A DNA stretch of 20,000 nucleotides. It comes from Saprolegnia diclina VS20 (lineage: Eukaryota). Every line of letters starts with the position of its first letter. Position 1 is the stretch's first letter. Position numbers and translations under genes: made by a program. This document shows, one piece after another, positions 9,311-17,641 of the stretch. Below the pieces are notes generated by a model. The model made no database searches. It was not told the origin of the DNA and saw nothing but the letters and a program-made list of their open reading frames with translations. The DNA lies in NCBI RefSeq assembly GCF_000281045.1, contig NW_008246077.1, positions 956,340-976,339 of the forward strand, written 5' to 3'.

Positions 9311-11409
9311 CTAGCTTTTTATAGGCTACAACACGCTATTTCTTGACCTTACTCGATGAACCGTACCTTCTTGCGACTTTTGGGCGTCTTGGGTCGAGTC
9401 GATGGCAGCCGCTCGGTCGGAATGCGCTGCACGGCCTCCGAGAGCCGCGCGTTGAGGCCGAGTCGGGCTTGAATTGCTGGGTCGGTGCGATTCCGAATGG
9501 CTTGGAACTGCGAGAGCATGTCGGTCGGCTCGTCTTCGCTACTGCTTTCAAAGAACGTCGGCCGATGAATGCGCACGTCGCTGCTGTGCGACTTGGGGCG
9601 GCGGCCGTACTGCGGCTCCAGCGGCAGCTTGGACGCGATCTGTGGGCGCAAACTCAGGTACTCGTTGCGGCCGTACCGAGCTTCCCGCTCGGACGAGTCC
9701 ATGCGTCGCGCGACAGGCCGGGGCGCTCCGTCCACCTCGATGAAGCTGTGCCCGAGACTGGTTCGGCGCACTTGACTTGGGGGCTGAGACGGAACGTGCT
9801 CGTAGCCGTCGTAGCTCAAGCGCGATACTTGCGAGACGGGCTGTGGCCGACGCTGGCTGGGTGTCGGCTCCCCAAAGCTTGGGCGCCGATCGGACTCGCC
9901 AAAGCTCGGACGCCGTGACGGCTCCTTATAGCTGGGCTGGCGTGTCGGTGTTGGCTCCCCGAAACTCGGACGGCGGCTCGGTGTTGGCTCTCCAAAGCTT
10001 GGTCGACGCACTGGCAAGTCGTAGTGCGACTGGTGACGAGGCGTTGTCGCCATTGTACGTTCGGTGTACTGCAGCCGACGCGGTGTTGTCGGTGTCCGGG
10101 CCTCTAGGGAGGCTTGGCGTCGGGGTGTCGTCGGCTCGCGGGACAGCTCGCGAGAAAGCTGACGGCGAGGTGTCATAGGCATTGCTTCGGCCGTCGAGTA
10201 CTGGCGAAGCGGTGTAGTTGGTCTTGAAGCCGTCTCCTGGGGCGACTGCCGACGTGGGGTCATCTCGCCGAGCTGCCGTCGGAGATGGGGCGCCGTGTCG
10301 CGCTGCGACGGTACGTGGCTCGGTTGGCGCCCGTACTTAGTCTCTACGGCCGCGGACTGCAACGCACCCATCGACACGGTCGGTGGCTTCACGACGTCGC
10401 GCTTGGAGCGCAGGCGGGACACGGGCGGCGCGGCGTCCGTCTGCTGAGGCACCGAGCGCGTGTAGCGCATCGGCAACGCCGTCGGTTCCACGGGCGGGCT
10501 TGTCTGGCGCTGGAAAAGAAGGCGCTGGGTTGACACCGGCATCAACGTCGGCTTGTCATCCGACGTCGGTCGCTGGAGCTTGGACGAGTGGTTGCGCGAG
10601 CTCATCTCCTTTGCAATCGTGAGCGCGTGGTTGCGTGTCGAGATCGACTTTTGCGACGACCGAGGCGGCGGCTCGAACAGCAGCGGTGCTTCGTCTTGCT
10701 CCATGGAGCTCGAGAGCCTTTCGTCAAGCTGGTGCTGAAAGCTGTTAAGGTCCATCTGCGACGTCTCTTGGTACTCGAAGAGCCACTTGGAGCTGCGTCG
10801 GCGGGACTTCACATTCGTCTTCTTGAGCCCCTCGGCGGATGCCTCGACGCTCACTTGCGGGCTCACCGAGTGGAGCCGCGGAAGCGACCGCGGCGCGTCG
10901 TCTCCACTCGATGGCGCGACGATCTGCTGGAGGATCTCGCGCGCGATCTCGCTCTTGGTCTGTGAGCTCACGCTGTAGTTGACGGCCTGCGTGCTTGCAA
11001 TGAGGATCTGGTCCAAGAACGCATCGGGTTTCGAGAGCGAGTTCCATTTGTGGTTGCTCACGACAATGTCATCGTCCGTCGCAGTGTTGTTGTTGTCGTC
11101 GTCGTCGCTCGGGATGTAGTACTGCTTGCTGAAGAGCGCACTTGGCATCGGGCTCGGTGTCAACGGGTCGTTGTAGTCCATGACGTCGCTGATCGACGAG
11201 CTGCGGTCGAACGCCGCGTCATGGTTGCTGAGCTCGACGATCGCGTCAAAGTAGTCGGTCGCGTACGAGGCCGACTCGATATGAGGCCGTGACACGGGCT
11301 GTTGATACTGGTGCGACTTCTTCTTGGCTTGGTGCTTGGCGAGCGATGGCGCCTTGGGCTCATCCCGCGTCGCGATGAGATCGCCGAGGAGGCGGAAGAG
11401 AAAGGCCAT
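9311..11409 (-). CDS. Uncharacterised low-complexity S/P/R/T-rich protein with internal repeats
   Basis: Open frame of about 2.1 kb (9349-11502). Start is either MAFLFRLLG (11409) or 11502. A probable 41-nt terminal intron at 9366-9326 (GTACGG...TTGTAG) would give the end KSRKKPIKS* at 9311; unspliced, the stop is at 9349. No globular domain recognised. Confidence 0.75.
9851..10008 (-). repeat. Coding tandem repeat, five 9-11 aa units of RRPSFGEPTP(S/T)
   Basis: RRPSFGEPTPS RRPSFGEPTPT RQPSYKEPS RRPSFGESD RRPSFGEPTPS; also visible in the DNA as recurring GGCTC(C/T)CC(A/G)AA(A/G)CT. Confidence 0.9.
10031..10263 (-). repeat. Degenerate coding repeat, six TPRR-like units at 14-15 aa spacing
   Basis: MTPRRQ, TTPLRQ, MTPRRQ, TTPRRQ, TTPRRL, TTPRHQ in the translated ORF. 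Confidence 0.75.
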
Positions 11410-12420
11410 GCGAGACCAAATATACGTCGACTGCTGTTCGGGCCGACCGCGGTATAGGGCTTTCCACTCTGCCGAACCACCAAGATCGCGCGCGGTGGGC
11501 ATTGTATTTTTGGCAGTTACCTTGCTGTTTGTATGAAATGAAATAAACCGTGTGAAAAAGACGTGGAAGCGCCATGTGCCAGCTGACGCGCTGTAGAGTC
11601 CAAGCGGAAGTGAGATTTAGCCGGCACTTTGCGTGGCTCTTTGTGCAAGGTCAACTCCACTGAGGAGGCTGTCGAGGTCGGACCTCGATGGAAAATCCGC
11701 CTTGCGCATCGAGTGTTTCACTCGCGGTAGCATTGCGGACAGCTTTGAACGGCCCGCAACACGCTGCGGTCGTCTCGCAAGAAAGAAAAAGGCGACCGGG
11801 TGGTGCTTGTCAATGAATGCTGTGGGTGTTGCACCTACACGCACTGGCCACAGGTTTCGTGCAGTGAACTCTGGGCTCGGGCGACACAAAGCACAGCTCT
11901 GCCTAGCGATTGAAGCGAAGATATCGAAAGAGATGCTCGCGAGCGCCCACGTCCTTTATGCCCGCGACGTCCATGATTTTCATCGCGTGTTGCAGGCAAA
12001 AGCAGAGAGGGTGGAGACTGCCCTTCCTGGAAAAAACTAGTTCGTCGACCCCTTTTCCGCCTCCTCAGCTCTACTGGGACAGCAGTGCTTGTTGCACGCA
12101 TTTCAAGGCATACAGAGCTAATTCCAAAGGCATCTTGCTCGGGGTCTGGTGCCATGGCAGCAGATGGCGTGTGATTATTGTTACTTCTGACGACCTCGTC
12201 ATAATGCCAAGGAAGCGACGCCTTGAGGAGTGGCTCTTGATGTCATTCCGCTAGCAGTGCTATCTTAGCTCTCGGCCTCTGCTTGTCATCCTGCCACCGC
12301 CCGGGAATGTCGACCACCATTAAGATGACGTCGACTTGTCGTAAGGGAATCTGCCTTCTGATTGGGTCCCGTTCTCGTATCCGGCGGAATGGTCAACGGA
12401 AAGGCCAGCCAACAAGCGCC

Positions 12421-12592
12421 ATGCCACCGACGACGCGACCGGTCAAGCGCCTGAGCTTCGCCGACGAGCACGGACTGGCGCTCGTACGCATCTCCGTCCT
12501 CTTCCGTCTCTCTGAACTCGTTCGGCGTGTAGGAGCAGCGCTACATCTTTCCCCGCGAGCCCACGACGCCCCCGCTCGTTGCGCGGCTGTGA
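12421..12592 (+). CDS. Putative 40-aa microprotein with a PPP1R3-type PP1-docking (RVxF-like) motif; exons 12421-12483 and 12533-12592
   Basis: ATG in GCCATGC context; 49-nt phase-0 intron GTACGC...GTGTAG. The spliced product is MPPTTRPVKRLSFADEHGLALEQRYIFPREPTTPPLVARL*. Codons are GC3-rich like the neighbouring genes. An inverted CCAAT (CTGATTGG, about 12358) and GTATCCGG (12377) lie upstream. Confidence 0.65.
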
Positions 12593-12628
12593 CCGACTCG
12601 ACCATAACAACTTGTACTAACTACGTTA

Positions 12629-15571
12629 TCATCGCCCTTTTCGTGGCAGCGGACAGTGGATCCGGAAGGCGTCCCACTGCAGCGTCTGCTGGAGAATGCC
12701 AATGAGGAGCAACTCGACGCTAAAGCACTTGTCGCGGCTCATGTGCTGCAGTTGTTTCTGGACGGCGCTCGTCGCGACAGCTTCCTTGGACGCGATCACG
12801 ATCGTATCGGGCTTGGGCAGGCCGGACGTCATCTAGGCACGACTGTCAAATAGAGAATGGCAACCACGCTCGGACCTCGCCGCCCGCGCATGTGATGATC
12901 TTGGTGAGTTCGCCTGGCGGCGGCAAGATACTCTTGTGCGTTGCCACGTAGAACGAGTGGCCACGTAAGAGGCGTTGGCGCTGGGCCAAGCTAAACTCGT
13001 ACATGGTGCGTCGCAATGTAAAGCCCCACAGCGCCTCCTTCTCGTCGTCCTTGAGGCAGTATTGCGCCTCGGGCGCTGCATAGCCGAGCGCCGCCGACGC
13101 GTGCAGCCACTCTTCGTCCAAAATGTGCAAGCAGCGCGAGATGCCGCAGAGGATTTTGACTGTGCGCTTGAACTTGCCTCGCGGCGCAATGATGTGGGTC
13201 GCGGTCATCACATCGTCTTCGTACTGCGCCGACGCGATCGCTGCAATCTACTAGAGCGTGAGCGTCCATCGATGCTGCGACCGTAGACCTCGAAGAGCAG
13301 CGCGTCCGTCGAAACAAAGCCCGTGAGCACAATGCGCAGCACCGTCGGCGACGGAGCCGACGACGATGATGGCGGCGCGTCAGCAATGCGACACAGAATT
13401 TGAATCGCACTGCCTTCCATGTCTTGTGTCGACGGTGGAAAGTCGGGGACTGTCTTGGCCATCTTGGACCGCAGCGGCGCATCATCGTCCGACTCGTCAA
13501 TGGCCGGCGCGCCAAGGACAGGACTGACGAGCGTGGCCTTGGCCTTGCGCTTCTTGCCACTGCTCGTGGGCACCGCCGTCGTAAACACGGGGGCTGGCGT
13601 CGTCACGTCACCGTTCGCGATGGGCGCGGTCCGCGGCGTCACGGGCCCCGCCCTTTTCTTGCTCTTGGCCGGCGCCTTCTTCTTGGCGGGCGGCTTGGCT
13701 TTGGTGGGTTTCGAGGCAATGTCGCGTGCGAGTGGCACGTCGTCGTCAAACTCGACGATAAGCGGCGCCGTCTCATTCAAGAGCTTCTTCTTGGCCGGCG
13801 GGCGGCGCTTGGTCTTGGTTTCGTCACGAGCTTGGTCGTTGACTGACGCCTCGGACATGGCGAGTCCCCGGGGCTGCCGCGCGTCCGGTGTATCCGGCGT
13901 ACTGGCCACCGTGTCATCATCAATCGGGTCTCGCAAAGTACCACGCGCTGCGATGGGGACGATCGACGTCAAGATGGTCGTCGCTGCGCTTGGTGGTTCG
14001 TCAGCGACGCCGGATCGGACCCCCGACGTCTCTTGTGACGCCGTGTTGGTCTCGTTCGAGTCGAGCGCGGGAGTCTCGGTTCTTGACGTTGGTTCGGCCG
14101 TTGGCTCGGCCGTTGGCGTTGGCAAATGTGTCTCTGTCGACGACGGCGTCAGCGCCTTTGGTTTCTTCTTGCGCCACGTGGTTTTTGGCGACGCAAACGG
14201 CGGCGGTGACGTGATGGCGTCGGCGGTTGACGCCATGGTCGTCACCGACGACTCGTCATGCATCATGGTCACGGACGACTCGTCCAAAGGCGCGGTCGCC
14301 TCGGGTACTCGCACAAACGATGCAATGTGCTGTTGCCACAGAGCCGTTGCCGTCGGGTCCAGCGGCTCGAGCACCAACAGAAGCTCGTGCTGCGTCTCGG
14401 CGTGCGCCACAAGAAGCTCCAAACGACCGACGTTCTCGACATCGTGCTGGCGCAGCGAGACGTACTCGCCAAGAAAGTACCCAAGGTACTTGCAGTGGGC
14501 CATGCCGACGACCTCGCCGTATAGAATCATGTCGTGGAGGAGGAAGAACTGGCAGAGCATCGGTCGGGGTCGGTCCTTCTCGTAGAGCCAGACAAGGTCG
14601 CTCCGCACGAGCGCTTGCTGCGCGGCCTCCGAGTTGGGCACGAGCCAGTCGGTCGGAAGCCCGCTGTCCATCGTATGCAGAAGTGAGTGCAAGTCGAACG
14701 CAAACGTGTCGGGCGCGAGGAAGCGCTCGTTGATGCAAGTGAGGAGCGAGTGCACGACGGCCGGCGCCGCCAGAATCGTACAGTGCGCATCTTGCGTGAG
14801 CAGAAAGCAGTCGGGTGTGTTGGGAATACGAAGCGCCTTGCAGACTTCGGCGGCTTGCAGCTGGAAGAGGTCGTGCCCGTTCGTGTCGACAATGAGGCAG
14901 AGATCTTCGAAGAGGTATAAGGTGCCTGTCTGCAGCGACGCATCGCCCGTCATTTGGATCGAGACCACGTTCTGCGCAATGAGCGTCCTCGCCACGAGAT
15001 CGATGCCGCTCCCGAGGCCTTCTTCCAGCGCCAGCATGTCCATCGCGCGCGTCCGCTGGGTCGTAATGTCCGAGAACGCATCGTGGAGCCGGTCGCACAT
15101 GAGATACCAGTCGTCTGGACGCTCGGCAAACGGCGCGAGCGCGTCCATACACACCGCGTACGCCTCTAGACAGTCAAGTGGAAGGCGGAAGAGCGCATCG
15201 AGCTTTGGATCGCTCGGTGGCGGCATGAGCTGATGGTACCACGCGTATGTTGCATGGAGCGTCTTGAACTCGAGCGCGCGCTCAAAGAGGAGCTCGGCCG
15301 AGCTCCTTGCACGGTCGCTGAGCGTCGGCGACTGCGTCTTGACGAGGCGCAGGCCTGCCAAGAGCGCCCGATGCGCAGCGTCGAGCTGTGGGAAGAGGAG
15401 GAGGCAAGGAAACGTGGCGAGGCCGGACGACTGGTTCTGCGACTCAGGCGAGAGCATGCGCTGGGACTGCAGCTCGAGGCGCAGCGTCTGCCCGCGACTG
15501 CGGAAGAGCTTGTCCACGACGCTCTCCTCGGCCGCGACGAAGCGGTCGAGTACGTCCATCGCGGTTTCCAT
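12629..15571 (-). CDS. Degenerate DH(RhoGEF)-PH-PH protein with a C-terminal MDC1/PTIP-type tandem BRCT; exons 15571-13289, 13247-12876, 12832-12629
   Basis: First ATG METAMDV at 15571 (the ORF track start is TTG). Introns of 41 and 43 nt join RIVLTGF...THIIAPRGKFKRTVKILCGIS...ILDEEWLHAS...DDEKEALWGFTL...PPPGELTKIITCAGGE...SVELLLIGILQQ, which is colinear with the MDC1 tBRCT. The N-terminus has DH-like segments (FVAAEESVVDKL; LFRLPLDCLEAY) and PH-like segments (RTLIAQN..LYLFEDLCLI; FFLLHDMILYG). The BRCT call is strong; the DH-PH call is moderate. Confidence 0.82.
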
Positions 15572-16115
15572 CCGCAATACAATTCGGTCGTGGAATCCAC
15601 TGCGAGAGTCCGGATACGTTCGGAAGATGTCCGGATACCTCGCCACCAAATCCGCGCCAAGTTGCCGTTGCTTCAAGTTGGCGCGTACACGCTGGAAAGC
15701 CCCTCATGCAACGACGTATCGAACCTAGTTAATGTCCAAGGCGGGTTGTCTCCACATAGAGGTCTTCGCTGCACCTGCAGCTTGAATCGTGGAGTTCTCT
15801 ACCGGTACTGGTATCCTGCAGCAGGATATTTAATTACCAGCAAAATGGCTGCAAATGAAGTCGTACTAACCATAAACTCAGTCGTAGCTCTAGTCGATCA
15901 ATAGACAAAACTACGAGCTCACATCCTACAGCATTGAACAGCTCGCATCAATTTTGCCGTCGTAGATCGACATGCCGGTGAGTAAAACCGATCGGTTTGA
16001 AAAACCTACAGGGTAAAATGCATTAAACGCGTTTAAGCATTGCAAGAGGCGTCAAACGCGAAATGGGGCAGCATCCTAAACGAACGATTTGAATTTAGGA
16101 CTTTTGCACACGACC
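15572..16115. promoter_or_regulatory. Bidirectional promoter region between the DH-PH-BRCT gene and the SPOC-like gene
   Basis: AT-richer spacer between divergent ATGs. It contains GTCCGGATAC twice (15608, 15629) and the palindromes AAACCGATCGGTTT (15985-15998) and TTAAACGCGTTTAA (16023-16036). Confidence 0.55.
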
Positions 16116-17588
16116 ATGACCACGTTCAACGTCCGGAAGGGCAAGTGGCACTTCACGTGCGAGGTGCTGGAAGACGCGCTCTCGGCCGAGGCCAAGGCGA
16201 ACATCGAGACCGTCTATGACTTGCTGTACGTCTCTGCTGCAGGTCCCGCCGACGCGGCTCACTCGGCTGGCGTGTAGGAGCCAAGACGTCTTCGTGACGA
16301 AGCGCGTGAGCCTGCAAGAGCTGCGTGCCATCATCGACAGCTCGTGCAGCAAGGTACTTGGCGTCGGCGCCAGCGTACCTGAAGTAATACCACGTGTAGG
16401 TCCCAGAGTTCTACGTCTCGTTCGCCAACTCGGGCTCGTTTGCCCATTTTAACCAATTCTCGACGCATTTCTCCTCGCGGAGCCGCGTACGACGAGACTT
16501 GTTCATCAGAGCCAAGCTGATGCCGCCATGTAGGCTGGCGTCGCAACGATTTCGCCCGACTACTGGTTCATCTTGATCCCGGAAGGCCATCTCCTCAAAT
16601 GCATGATCGCCCCGCGCTTCAATTCGCCGCCGACCCCTGAAACGAAAGCGCCGCCGGCAGCCATCGAGCCCATCGTCCCAGTGAGCCAACTGGGGCTACC
16701 CGAACCAGAGCCTCTTCCCGTCGTGGACACGACCCCAGCGATTGCGACGCCAACACCAGCGCCCAAGCCCAAGCCAATGCCAATCCAAGATCTGACGCCC
16801 AACGTGCTCGACGCCATGCTCGGGCTCCAGCAGCTGCACGCACTCTCAATGAAGGCGCCCGACGAGCCGCGACAAAAAGACTCACCGGCCAGGAAAGAGA
16901 CCAAGCCGCGCTCGCTGCCGCAAACCTCGAGCCCTCCCGAGCGGCTTTCTTGCCCTCTCGAGCTGCTTCCTTGTCATCCTGAGCCGCTTCCTCCCTCTCT
17001 GGCGGAGGCCACGTCAGAAGCCGTCACGCCAGAGAATACCACACAGCCAGCGCTTCATGTGCCCGAAGCCGTGCCGCAGATTCCCACGTCGGCACCGCGT
17101 ACGACGCCCCTCGCGCAGTCAGCACTCGAAGCGCCCGTGGTACCTTCCGTGCTCGAAACACCCCAGCGCCATGTCGACAAGCCAATGGCAGCCAGCGATA
17201 ACCGGCCGACGGACCCGCGCCAGAACAAGCGGCGCCGCATCAGTACAGACGCCCTTCCTCCGAGCGTTGTTGCTGTTGCCGACGCCCTTTCTCCGAGCGT
17301 TGTTGCCGTTGCTGACGCGCTTCCTCCCACCGAGAGCTCACCAATCAAATTGATGCCGCCCGCTGTCGACGTGAGGGTTGCGTCGACGAAGCCGCCGTCA
17401 CCGGTCAAGAAGCCAGTCGCCGACTACACGGAACTCTTGTTCGTAGCTTCCCTCTCGTGTCTTGCCGATCTCATCCTGCTATCGTCTTTAGACGCGTCCA
17501 CAAGTGCTTCCACGCGATGCAGTACCTCGTCCACGGCCAGCGCGTCGAGAGCACCAAGCCGCGCCGGTCTCGCCACGACCGCGACTAG
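16116..17588 (+). CDS. Protein with an N-terminal SPOC-like domain and a Pro-rich disordered tail; exons 16116-16225, 16278-16353, 16400-16486, 16534-17438, 17492-17588
   Basis: Four GT-AG introns (52, 46, 47, 53 nt) give one continuous frame: MTTFNVRKGKWHFTCEVL...LSQDVFVTKRVSLQELRAII...FYVSFANSGSFAHFNQFSTHFSSRSRAGVATISPDYWFILIP...RHDRD*. The R-V-x-L, F-x-x-F-x-x-H-F-x-x-R-x-RAGV and ILIP pattern resembles SPOC domains. Confidence 0.72.
17248..17328 (+). repeat. 33-nt coding tandem repeat (about 2.5 copies; DALPPSVVAVA)
   Basis: GACGCCCTTCCTCCGAGCGTTGTTGCTGTTGCC followed by GACGCCCTTTCTCCGAGCGTTGTTGCCGTTGCT and a partial GACGCGCTTCCTCCC. Confidence 0.9.
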
Positions 17589-17641
17589 CCCCATTACCAT
17601 CAACGACGCTTGTTGATCTGTCTTCCTAACGTTTTTTTATA

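Noticed and set aside
9851..10008. CRISPR-like appearance of 27-33 nt repeats
   Set aside because: In-frame tandem coding repeats without unique spacers, in eukaryotic DNA with no cas genes.
11600..12300. Short ORFs (11633-12040 +, 11835-12155 -, 11910-12254 +) in the long spacer
   Set aside because: No recognisable motifs, weak codon bias and no convincing splice model; left as intergenic, though a degraded element cannot be excluded.
12283..12705. 140-aa unspliced ORF containing KRLSFADEHG
   Set aside because: Non-ATG start in the track, reads through a clear intron and overlaps the convergent BRCT gene; the spliced 40-aa model fits better.
13419..14585. 388-aa + strand ORF (likewise 1361-2272, 3092-3988, 14256-15152, 18237-19190, 18509-19267)
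   Set aside because: Antisense or alternate-frame overlaps of well-supported genes; expected in GC-rich DNA.
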